A stretch of DNA of 34,745 nucleotides from Candidatus Caldarchaeum sp. (lineage in GTDB: Archaea; Thermoproteota; Nitrososphaeria_A; Caldarchaeales; Caldarchaeaceae): NCBI GenBank assembly GCA_038831915.1, contig JAWBKB010000015.1:1-34745 (forward strand). Direction: 5' to 3'. A program made the position numbers and the translations under genes. This document shows, in pieces, positions 27,087 to 34,745 of this stretch. Within the stretch, counting starts at the first letter, position 1; the number at the start of each line of letters is the position of its first letter. The notes below the pieces were generated by a model. It saw only the letters and a list, made by a program, of their open reading frames with translations. It searched no databases and was not told where the DNA came from.

Positions 27087-28046
27087 TTAGCCCAGCCTTT
27101 CCGAATATTTGAGACCTGTGAGTTCGAGATATCGGCTTAGTGCTCCGAGATGCTGCTCCGAGGTTGTTGGTTCGAATCTTACGAATAGAGCTGAAACAAA
27201 CTGTTTCATCAGCTGCGGCTCTTGTTCGCCGAGCTTGATTAAAGCCTGAAACAGCTTGGTGCGGATGGGTTCTTTCAAATCCTTGGAAAAGACGACTGCG
27301 TGGCTAGGTATCGGGCCCTGTGAACCGATGACGCGTGTGTTTCTCATGACTTCGAAGTAAAGGCTTGCAGGTATATCGCCTGCTATGACCGCTGCGTCAA
27401 CATCACCGTTTTTCAAAGCCGTCCAAGACTGAGCATAGCCGCCAGTAAACACGACCTTGAAGAATGTGCTGGGGTCTGCTTCGGCTCCGGTCTTTCTCAC
27501 GATGAATCCCTGTTCGACAAGTTTGGCGATCGGAGCGACATATCCAGAGGTGGATATTGGGCTGGGCATGGCGACTTTTTTGTCACGTAGGTCTTCGAAG
27601 GAGTTTATAGGTGAATCGGGCAGCACCACCCAGTAGGAATAATACTGGGGCGCTTCGATGAGTTTGTCTCCTTCTCCCACTATCCTAATCTCTGCAAGCA
27701 CAATCTCTGCTTCAGCGAGTTTCCACGCGAGATAAGAGGGCCACGCACCCATGAAAGCAGCCTGTGCATGGCCTCTACGAAGCGATTCAACAACAGCCGC
27801 ATAAGATGTTGGCACGTAGATTTCTACATCTACTTCTGGAATCTGTTGTTCGAGAAAAGCTTCTATTGGTTTGGATTTTTGAAGCACTTCAGCCGCCGCG
27901 AAAGTTGGTTGAACAGCTATGACGAGCTTCTGTTTTGGAGGCGGCTGAAACCAAGCCGAGCCGAAAACGGCGGTGAACGCGAGACCGATTATGATTCCGA
28001 TTGAGATGAAGGCTGTTGTTTGGATGATTGTTTTGCGGCTCATCAT
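27087..28046 (-). CDS. phnD: PhnD/PtxB family phosphate/phosphite/phosphonate-binding protein
   Basis: N-terminal TM anchor, PTSYAAVVE, Y.S..VV..DSPI.S.EDL, STSGY..P and G.VDAA. Confidence 0.88.
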   Translation of the reverse strand: MMSRKTIIQTTAFISIGIIIGLAFTAVFGSAWFQPPPKQKLVIAVQPTFAAAEVLQKSKPIEAFLEQQIPEVDVEIYVPTSYAAVVESLRRGHAQAAFMGAWPSYLAWKLAEAEIVLAEIRIVGEGDKLIEAPQYYSYWVVLPDSPINSFEDLRDKKVAMPSPISTSGYVAPIAKLVEQGFIVRKTGAEADPSTFFKVVFTGGYAQSWTALKNGDVDAAVIAGDIPASLYFEVMRNTRVIGSQGPIPSHAVVFSKDLKEPIRTKLFQALIKLGEQEPQLMKQFVSALFVRFEPTTSEQHLGALSRYLELTGLKYSERLG

Positions 28047-28137
28047 TATAACAGTGTTATAGGGTGGTGGATATAAACTCTACGTCGTGAATAACTAATT
28101 TCACGGTGTTAAACAACACGTATATAACGCCGTTAAC
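28047..28137. promoter_or_regulatory. Divergent promoter region with three TAAC-N3-GTTA-type sites
   Basis: TATAACAGTGTTATA (28047-28061, perfect palindrome), TCACGGTGTTA (28101-28111) and TATAACGCCGTTAAC (28123-28137). TATA-like boxes at 28071-28077 (minus) and 28121-28127 (plus). Confidence 0.65.
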
Positions 28138-28152
28138 CCAAGCTTAAACAAA

Positions 28153-28890
28153 TTGAAACCACCCAAAACCGAGGAACTTATCCCACTGCTCCGCGCCATG
28201 GTAGCTAACGAGCTCGTCAAAACGTATGGGTTGAAAAAAGCTGAAGCCGCTCGAATTCTATCCATCACCCCGCAGGCTGTGACCCAATATCTCAAGGGGG
28301 TTCGCGCGTTCTCGAAGAAGGGTCTCATGCTTGAGTCGCGTGTAAAAGAATTGGTTCGTGAATATTCAGGTAAAATTGCTTTCAGAAAAAAGCAGGTGGC
28401 GGAAACGGAGCTTCTCGACTTGGCATATGAAGTTTTGATGATGATCGGCCGGCCGAGTGGACAGCAGAATCTAATGTCAGAAGAAGCGAAAGCACGTGCT
28501 TTGTGGATTTTGAGAAATCGTCTCGCTGCCGAACAGGAGGCTGCGGAAATTTTTCTTTCCGAAGCAATTAGGGCGAAAGACGACATGGTTCGGCTTCTTT
28601 TCAGACAGATTGCGTCGGACAGCATTCGTCACGCCGACATAGTTCAAGCAACAATCGCCGCGGTGGAGAAAGACCTCACAAACGGTTCTCTTCCAGACCC
28701 CGAAAGGCTTCGACTCCTTCAACAACAGGAGGAGAAAAGCCACTCTCACGGCTTCGAAGAGGTGAAACGGCTCCTCCGCAACGACGTTTTGAAAATTCTC
28801 ATCGACTCCATCGAGGCCGACGAAGCTAAACACGACCTGATCATTGGGAAGCTGGCCGAACTTGCTGGACAGAGCCAAAAAGTTTCTTGA
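28153..28890 (+). CDS. HTH transcription regulator fused to a ferritin-like four-helix domain
   Basis: N-terminus P.LRA.VA.ELV..YGL...EAA.IL.ITPQAVTQYLKG.R (archaeal HTH). C-terminus EQEAAE.F...LF.QIA.DS.RHA...EE.SH...I.ADEAKH (ferritin/rubrerythrin pattern). Confidence 0.8.
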   Translation: MKPPKTEELIPLLRAMVANELVKTYGLKKAEAARILSITPQAVTQYLKGVRAFSKKGLMLESRVKELVREYSGKIAFRKKQVAETELLDLAYEVLMMIGRPSGQQNLMSEEAKARALWILRNRLAAEQEAAEIFLSEAIRAKDDMVRLLFRQIASDSIRHADIVQATIAAVEKDLTNGSLPDPERLRLLQQQEEKSHSHGFEEVKRLLRNDVLKILIDSIEADEAKHDLIIGKLAELAGQSQKVS

Positions 28891-29689
28891 GAACTGTGGC
28901 GGCGAAGAAGAATGCCGTGGCTGTTAAAGCGATGGTTCCTCCCGAGCTAACCGCGAAATAAAAAGATAGGTAAAGCCCTATCACGGCTGACGCTACACCC
29001 ATAGTCATCGACACCGCGAACATTTGGCGAAGGTTTTTGGCGAACAGCTGAGCTGTGGCCCCCGGCGTGACGAGAAGCGATATAACCAGAATTATTCCGA
29101 CGGTTTGTAGGGCAGATATGACGGTGAGCGAAATCATCACCATCAGGCCGAGATGTATGATGTTGGATGGCAGTCCTGCGACGTAGCTGAAGATTGGGTC
29201 GAAGGTGTATGAAACGATTTCTTTGAGGAAGGCTGCGAAGACGGCGACTACGCCTGCTGAAAGTAGGACAGTTGTGGCGAAATCTTCGTAGGAAACTGCG
29301 AGAACGTTTCCGAAAAGGATGTGAAAAATGTCGACTGTGGGCCTGTATTTGCTGATGATTACGAGGCCGAGCGCGAAGGTTCCGGTTAAAACGATTCCGA
29401 TGGCTGTGTCGTTGCGTACACGTGTTCTGGATTCGACGATGCCGATGAGAAGCGACGCGGTTATTCCAGCTGCAGCACCGCCAATCGTTAAAGGCAGGTT
29501 CAACGCCGCTGCTGTTGCGATGCCCGGTAGAACCGAATGCGATATGGCGTCTCCGAGTAGAGACCAGCCGCGGAGAACAACTATCACGCTTAGAACCGAC
29601 GCCGTCACGCCGACCGTCAAAGCTGTGAGAAAAGCCATCCGCATAAACTCATACTGCAAAGGCTGAAGAAACAGCTCGTTCAACGCCAT
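28841..29689 (-). CDS. Mn/Fe/Zn ABC transporter permease
   Basis: SLLGDAISHSVLPG, DTAIG, LFGNVLAV, FDP and QTVGIILV..LLVTP.ATA. Confidence 0.93.
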   Translation of the reverse strand: MALNELFLQPLQYEFMRMAFLTALTVGVTASVLSVIVVLRGWSLLGDAISHSVLPGIATAAALNLPLTIGGAAAGITASLLIGIVESRTRVRNDTAIGIVLTGTFALGLVIISKYRPTVDIFHILFGNVLAVSYEDFATTVLLSAGVVAVFAAFLKEIVSYTFDPIFSYVAGLPSNIIHLGLMVMISLTVISALQTVGIILVISLLVTPGATAQLFAKNLRQMFAVSMTMGVASAVIGLYLSFYFAVSSGGTIALTATAFFFAATVLKKLFGSVQQVRPASQ

Positions 29690-30438
29690 CCCGCAACCCT
29701 CCTAACATCGACTAAATGCATCGCAACCCGGTCACTCCCATACGCGGCGGACAAGTTCTCCGAAGTCAAAACTTTGTCAGGAGGGCCGAAGGCAATCACA
29801 CGGTTACGGAGAAGCAATATGTTTTCGAAAAGTTCAAACGTGGAGCTGAGGTCATGCGTCGACATTAAAATCGTTTTACCCTCGGATTTCAGCTCTGAAA
29901 GGATGTCGAAAAGCTTGTCTTCGGATTCGACATCGATTCCTTTCAACGGTTCGTCGAGAAGATAAAGGTCTGCTTCTTGGGCGATGGCCCGTGCGAGAAA
30001 TACTCGTTGCTGCTGCCCGCCGGAAAGGTCTGAAATTTTCCGATTCATCAAATCGGTCAACCCAGTTTTCTCCAGAGCAGTCAAAACTTTCTCATCATTT
30101 TTCGGAACGGTTTTTAAGGGTCCTACCGCTTTCAAACGCCCCATGGAAACAACATCCCACACCGTTAACGGATAATCCCAGTAAACGTCTTCTTTTTGAG
30201 GCACGTAGGCGACTTTTCCACGGGCCTTCGCCACGTCGACGCCGAGAACCACGACGCGACCTGAAACGGGCTTCACCAACCCTACAGCGGCTTTAAACAA
30301 ACTGCTTTTACCGCCTCCATTAGGCCCGACGACCGCTGTGATCGAGCCTCGTGGAACAGCGAAAGAAACGTTCTCCAGCGCCACAACTCTCTCATACACG
30401 ACGGTCAACCCTTCCGCACGGAAAGCATCTGTCAACAA
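29680..30438 (-). CDS. Mn/Fe/Zn ABC transporter ATP-binding protein
   Basis: GPNGGGKSSL, YVPQ...WDYP.TV, LSGGQQQRVFLARA, LDEP and THDL. Confidence 0.93.
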   Translation of the reverse strand: MLTDAFRAEGLTVVYERVVALENVSFAVPRGSITAVVGPNGGGKSSLFKAAVGLVKPVSGRVVVLGVDVAKARGKVAYVPQKEDVYWDYPLTVWDVVSMGRLKAVGPLKTVPKNDEKVLTALEKTGLTDLMNRKISDLSGGQQQRVFLARAIAQEADLYLLDEPLKGIDVESEDKLFDILSELKSEGKTILMSTHDLSSTFELFENILLLRNRVIAFGPPDKVLTSENLSAAYGSDRVAMHLVDVRRVAGWR

Positions 30439-31364
30439 CCTCTGCTCAACTCCTCTACAATCGTTCGAACGTTGGTTTTCATCATTTCGATGTATGTTTC
30501 GGCGCCTGAGGTTTCACCGCCCAACCCGTCGACGTAGAGAGGCCCGGCCAACCGCCCTCCCACCTCCCTAACCAACGTCAAAATCATGCGGTTCGCCAAA
30601 GTAGCCTCAACAAAATACACGCAAACACCGAGCTCCCGAACCCTATTCACGACAAAAATCACATCGAAAGGAGTGGGCTCTATTTCTGTGACTATCGAGT
30701 AGAAATAAGCTCCGACACGGAAACCATATGCCAGCGAAAAATATTGGAACGCGTTTTCCTGAGTGACCAAAACACGTTTTTCGACGGGGAGCTTTGAAAC
30801 CTCTGCTCGTATCCATTCGTCAAGGTTTTGAAGCTCTTGGATGTATGTTGCGGCGTTTGAACGGTATTTTTCAGCGTTTGCTAGGTCGTGTCGGATGAGG
30901 GCGTCGCGGATATTTTCCACGTATTTGACCGCGAGCTTTACATCCATCCATAGATGCGGGTCTTCTTTGCCCGCGTAGGGCCCGTCGGGAATTTTGACCA
31001 CGTAGGGCTCGAGCCCCTCAGTTACTCTGACCAGTTTTTCTGCGTTCTGGCCGCGTAAAAGCTTCACAACCCAAGCATCAAGGTTAAACCCGTTGTACAA
31101 AATGAACGATGACCGGCTTGCCTTGACCATGTCTAAAGGGGTTGGTTCGTAGGTGTGAGGGCTTGAACCCGGTGGAACAAGACATTCAACCGTCCAGAGG
31201 TCGCGGGCGACGTTGCGGGCGAAATCACAGATAATAGAAGTGGTCGCCAAAACCATTTTTTCTGTTTCAACTTCGCCGCCAATGTTCCGGGGGAAAGCCG
31301 CGGGAACCAAGGCGATAAACGCGATGGAAATAGCTAGAAGCGGCTTGGATACGCCTTCAATCAT
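30432..31364 (-). CDS. Cluster A-I metal-binding protein; His-His-Glu-Asp ligands suggest Mn/Fe
   Basis: PHTYEPTP, DPHLW, VTQENAFQYF and LYVDGL. Start placed at ATG 31364. Confidence 0.9.
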   Translation of the reverse strand: MIEGVSKPLLAISIAFIALVPAAFPRNIGGEVETEKMVLATTSIICDFARNVARDLWTVECLVPPGSSPHTYEPTPLDMVKASRSSFILYNGFNLDAWVVKLLRGQNAEKLVRVTEGLEPYVVKIPDGPYAGKEDPHLWMDVKLAVKYVENIRDALIRHDLANAEKYRSNAATYIQELQNLDEWIRAEVSKLPVEKRVLVTQENAFQYFSLAYGFRVGAYFYSIVTEIEPTPFDVIFVVNRVRELGVCVYFVEATLANRMILTLVREVGGRLAGPLYVDGLGGETSGAETYIEMMKTNVRTIVEELSRGC

Positions 31365-31376
31365 CCAATTCTTGAA

Positions 31377-31402
31377 AAATTTAGCCGTGGCTAAATTTAG
31401 CC
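31377..31402. promoter_or_regulatory. Palindromic operator, DtxR/MntR-like
   Basis: AAATTTAGCC-GT-GGCTAAATTT (31377-31398) overlaps a second perfect palindrome GGCTAAATTTAGCC (31389-31402), 13-38 nt upstream of the metal-binding protein start. Confidence 0.75.
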
Positions 31403-31450
31403 TTTTACACCCCATGGGAAGACCTTATTAAATCCACCAACATTCGAGAA

Positions 31451-32617
31451 TTGAAGCCGCACTTGAGCACAATTACCAAGTACATTATAGAGGGCCGTAT
31501 AGAAGTGGACGGTCCGGTGGACAAAAACGACGTCGTGGGCGCAGTTTTCGGCCAGACAGAGGGGATATTCAGCTCAGAGCTTGACCTCCGAGAACTTCAA
31601 AAAACAGGCCGCATCGGACGCATCGAGATAACCGTCAACACGCAGGGAAACAGAGCTGTCGGAAAAATAATCGTGCCGACAAGCCTCGACAAATACACGA
31701 CCTCTCTCATCGCAGCGATGATAGAATCCATAGACCGCGTAGGCCCCTACCAAGCACGGGTGGTGATCGAAAAAATCGAAGACACGCGGTTAGAAAAACG
31801 AAAACGCATCGTCGAAAGAGCCAAGGAAATTCTAGCGGCGTGGGAGAAGCAGAAAGTTCCCGACGATGACCTAATTCTCAGAGAGCTGGAAGAAGCCATC
31901 GTCAAAACCAAGGTCATCGAATACGGGCCTGAAAAGCTTCCCGCCGGGCCTGAAGTGGACAACGGCGACGAGTTGATAATTGTTGAAGGAAGAGCCGACG
32001 TCATCAACCTTCTCAAATATGGCTACAAAAACACCATAGCGGTTGAAGGGGTGAAGATTCCCCGAAGCATAGCAGGTTTGACGAGGAGGAAGAAACGCGT
32101 GATTGCTTTTCTCGACGGCGACCGGGGCGGAGACCTTATCCTTCAAGAACTGCTCCAAAGCTGTAAAATCGACGCAGTGGCGAGAGCTCCTTATGGGAAA
32201 GAAGTCGAGCAACTGACGGCGCGTGAAATTCACGAAGCTCTTGAACACGCGGTTCATCCAGAGGAAGCTTTGAAGGCAAAGGAATACGCAGCCGCTCCAC
32301 CCGCCGAGAAAAAGGCATTGCCGGTGGAGATCAAAAACTTCGCGAAAGAAGTTGACGGAACTCTTTCTGCAATCATTCTCGACGCAAACCTCAACGAATT
32401 AACTAGGCTGCCTGTAAGTGAACTTGTGATGAAAATCGGCGGAGAAAAGTCGGCGAAATACGTTGTTTTCGACGGCGTCGTTACGCAGAGGCTGGTGGAC
32501 ACGGTTGCTTCGCTTGGAAACGAAGTCTACCTCATCGGCGCCCGTGTAGGAGAGGTTCAGAACAGGCCGAGCACGGTTCACATCTACACGTTGAACGACT
32601 TAGGAGCCTTGGCGTAG
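31451..32617 (+). CDS. dnaG: Archaeal DnaG (TOPRIM; exosome-associated)
   Basis: DVVGAVFGQTEG, ELQKTGRIGRI, IIVEGRADV, DGDRGG and FDGVVTQRLVD. Confidence 0.96.
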   Translation: MKPHLSTITKYIIEGRIEVDGPVDKNDVVGAVFGQTEGIFSSELDLRELQKTGRIGRIEITVNTQGNRAVGKIIVPTSLDKYTTSLIAAMIESIDRVGPYQARVVIEKIEDTRLEKRKRIVERAKEILAAWEKQKVPDDDLILRELEEAIVKTKVIEYGPEKLPAGPEVDNGDELIIVEGRADVINLLKYGYKNTIAVEGVKIPRSIAGLTRRKKRVIAFLDGDRGGDLILQELLQSCKIDAVARAPYGKEVEQLTAREIHEALEHAVHPEEALKAKEYAAAPPAEKKALPVEIKNFAKEVDGTLSAIILDANLNELTRLPVSELVMKIGGEKSAKYVVFDGVVTQRLVDTVASLGNEVYLIGARVGEVQNRPSTVHIYTLNDLGALA

Positions 32618-33679
32618 AACTGACACGTCGACGGGAAAACGCAGCAATGCCGCAACACCGCCCAGGCTGAGAAGCTTCTCAGATGCTTCGCTACCCGACG
32701 AAATGACCCGGACAGCCGTGCCATAGGACTCGGCTTTATCGAGAAGCGAAGCAACTTGTTCGTCGTCGATTTTCTGCCAGAGAAGGTCTTCCGCCAACAA
32801 AATTTTTTCCGCAGCGTTCATCTGTAGCGCGTTCAGAGATTCACGTACACCTATTGCTGCTTTCATGGGTTCTGTCGCGAGGATTTTCAACAGTTGTTCC
32901 ACGTCTTCGACATCAGCCACGGTTTTCACCGTTTCACGGAGTTCGCTTAGCCCCCCTGCCCGTAGAAGCTCCGAAAGACCAGCGTAATCGGTCGTGGAAA
33001 CGTATCCAGTTTTGCGGATTCGCCGATAAACATCTGGTTTTTTGCGTTTTACAGTGTTGAGGAATTCGTCGACCAAAACAGAGGGTCCGTAGACATATAT
33101 GTCTTCTTCGCCGCCGATTTTATCCAAAGCCTCCGTGTAGAGCTTTTTCAGTAGAGTGCTGCGCTGCTCCGGCTCCCGTTTGCCTTCGACTATTGTTTTC
33201 TGGAAAAGCGTCCGCAATCCTTTTCCGCCGGCTGAATAAACGGCGATGCTTTCGTCGTCGACGAGGATGATGTTGACGTTTTTAGCTGTCTGTGTTCCGC
33301 GGTAATACTTAGCCATCGCCTCGATTTTCGGGAAGTTTTTCCTTGTTTCGATGGATATTTCATCGCCTACGGAGACATGGATGCTGTGATGTTTTCCAAC
33401 CAATCCAAGCTCCCGGCTTTCATACTTAATGACGCCGAGAAAGTCAACTCGTTTCATCATGGGGTCAAGCTTCTTGTCAGCCACTTCGACGCCAAGCTCC
33501 ACCATGACACGCATGCTGTCAACGCTGCCATTCCGCCGCTCCTTCTTCAACTCACGGCTTGTCACACAGTAAACTAAATCACCCACATCAACCACACGAT
33601 ACAGATTTAACAAATCCAGTGTCGTTTCAGGCACAACCGACACAAACCTCTTCAAAGGACTAACCTTAAGAACCCGCAA
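32600..33679 (-). CDS. pelA: Pelota/Dom34 ribosome rescue factor
   Basis: PET..DL..LY.V...GD.V...T.R, GKHHSI and L.SLGGVAALLRF. Start at TTG 33679 or GTG 33703. Confidence 0.9.
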   Translation of the reverse strand: MRVLKVSPLKRFVSVVPETTLDLLNLYRVVDVGDLVYCVTSRELKKERRNGSVDSMRVMVELGVEVADKKLDPMMKRVDFLGVIKYESRELGLVGKHHSIHVSVGDEISIETRKNFPKIEAMAKYYRGTQTAKNVNIILVDDESIAVYSAGGKGLRTLFQKTIVEGKREPEQRSTLLKKLYTEALDKIGGEEDIYVYGPSVLVDEFLNTVKRKKPDVYRRIRKTGYVSTTDYAGLSELLRAGGLSELRETVKTVADVEDVEQLLKILATEPMKAAIGVRESLNALQMNAAEKILLAEDLLWQKIDDEQVASLLDKAESYGTAVRVISSGSEASEKLLSLGGVAALLRFPVDVSVLRQGS

Positions 33680-33985
33680 CCCAACACCACACAACCCCGA
33701 CACAATTTAACCCATGCCGTCTATCCGAGGCTGTAATGGTCGTAGCGTCGCGCCGTCCCTAAAGCCCTCCAGAACTTAAATTTTTATGTTGAAATTAGAA
33801 ATGAATTAGGGTTTTGAATACATCTTTTGACGTGAAAAACTTTGGCGAGGCTTTCAAAACCACTATTATGTGGATGACGAAGGATAAATATGGTAAGGAG
33901 ATTGAAGATCACATTAACGGTATCATAATTAATAAAGAAGGTCCTTGAAAAGGATCCCAATTATAGTGGAGCCTTTAAGATTCTG

Positions 33986-34627
33986 ATGGAGGCAATCGCG
34001 ACAAATTCGTGGTTTCTCAAGAAACCTAAGAATTTTGATGACAGAATAAGCGACTTCCTAAAGAGGTATGGAAATGACTTTTGGTCTCCTCGAGCGAGAA
34101 AGGAGATAATTAAAATAGTTGGTAATAGTCAGATAAATCGTAAGAAAATAGAATCACTCCTACAGTACAGTACGATAAGAGAATTTACACAAGATCTTTA
34201 CAAACTTGCAAAGAAGGGGGAGACTAACGTCCTAGGTGAAAAAGGGAGGGATGATTATCTCAGAAGTGTAGGATATTGGGATAGAATTCCAATCGATAGG
34301 CATGAAAAGAGGTTCCTGCTACGGACCGGCATTTATCATGCTTACGCTTCAAAAGATAAGGGTGACCCGTTGGAAACAGACACTTTCCAAGAAGTTCTTA
34401 CAAGATTCTGCAAAGAATTGTTGAGCGGATTCACTATAAATGTAAATGGGAAGATAATAGATTTGATGAACCCTGGCTTTGTGGATGTGTTCATCTGGAG
34501 TTATTGCGCAGAGAAGAGATACAATATATGTGGTGAGAAACCTCGCTGCGAAGAATGCAAACTCAGAGAAACATGTCTATACCCCTCCATAAACCTATCA
34601 TTAAAATCACCGGGACTGTCAACTTAA
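33986..34627 (+). CDS. HhH-GPD superfamily DNA glycosylase-like protein with C-terminal 4Fe-4S motif; probably frameshifted near 33930 and clipped by IS6
   Basis: HhH LGEKG, catalytic-type Asp in IPIDRH..R...RTG, and C-x6-C-x2-C-x5-C (ICGEKPRCEECKLRETC). An upstream ORF 33814-33948 lies in the adjacent frame. Confidence 0.7.
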   Translation: MEAIATNSWFLKKPKNFDDRISDFLKRYGNDFWSPRARKEIIKIVGNSQINRKKIESLLQYSTIREFTQDLYKLAKKGETNVLGEKGRDDYLRSVGYWDRIPIDRHEKRFLLRTGIYHAYASKDKGDPLETDTFQEVLTRFCKELLSGFTINVNGKIIDLMNPGFVDVFIWSYCAEKRYNICGEKPRCEECKLRETCLYPSINLSLKSPGLST

Positions 34628-34745
34628 GGTCATCCATGACCTTATCCACTTTTCTGATACCTTAGGCCTGTATGTTGGGAAGCATGTGTTGAACTGTTTT
34701 ATTCTTCTCTTGAGCTTGCTGAACCAAGACTCTATCGTGTTTCTC
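34612..34745 (-). mobile_element. Right end of an IS6-family insertion sequence (partial)
   Basis: Terminal GGGACTGTCAACTTAAG at 34612 resembles the IS26-type end GGCACTGT. The transposase stop codon lies inside this inverted repeat. Confidence 0.8.
34619..34744 (-). CDS. IS6-family DDE transposase, C-terminal 41 aa (runs off the window)
   Basis: RNTIESWFSKLKRRIKQFNTCFP...SEKWI follows the N.IE.WF..LK.R...F...F pattern around the catalytic Glu of archaeal IS6 transposases. Confidence 0.8.
   Translation of the reverse strand, partial: RNTIESWFSKLKRRIKQFNTCFPTYRPKVSEKWIRSWMTLS

Noticed and set aside
33710-33775. GC-rich stretch at the island boundary as a tRNA fragment, att site or sRNA
   Set aside because: No T-arm, C/D boxes or convincing stem found, and only a 21-codon ORF; a function cannot be supported.

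Overview
34.7 kb of gene-dense archaeal chromosome. Gene content and style point to a thermophilic TACK archaeon, possibly Aigarchaeota/Caldarchaeales-like (inference). The core (about 1.6-33.7 kb) is housekeeping: trmO, nreA, PINA ATPase, DUF59-Mrp, a CBS+HPF-like protein, rpl31e-eif6-pfdA-ftsY, class II HMG-CoA reductase, aIF2-beta, ahcY, carS, tandem thyX-queD-queC-NAD kinase-nob1, fused guaA, a PhnDCE-type and a Mn/Fe-type ABC transporter, dnaG and pelota. It also carries tRNA-Thr(CGT) and a tRNA-Leu(TAG) with a 30-nt D-loop intron. The left end (1-1.6 kb) is decayed: a frameshifted LAGLIDADG endonuclease abuts a tRNA-Gly with a shortened D-loop, followed by ASCH- and Csa1/Cas4-like remnants and a frameshifted TauE. 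The right end is an AT-rich island with an HhH-GPD/4Fe-4S glycosylase-like gene interrupted by an IS6 element. Best leads: (1) an HTH-ferritin fusion regulator divergent from an atypical phnDCE operon, with TAAC-N3-GTTA repeats on both promoters; (2) two CPxCG zinc-finger microproteins missing from the ORF track; (3) phnE in frame behind the phnC stop with no start codon; (4) an acylphosphatase with a Phe-heptad coiled coil; (5) strong GATC avoidance that is absent from the island. All family calls come from motif recognition by eye; no searches were run.
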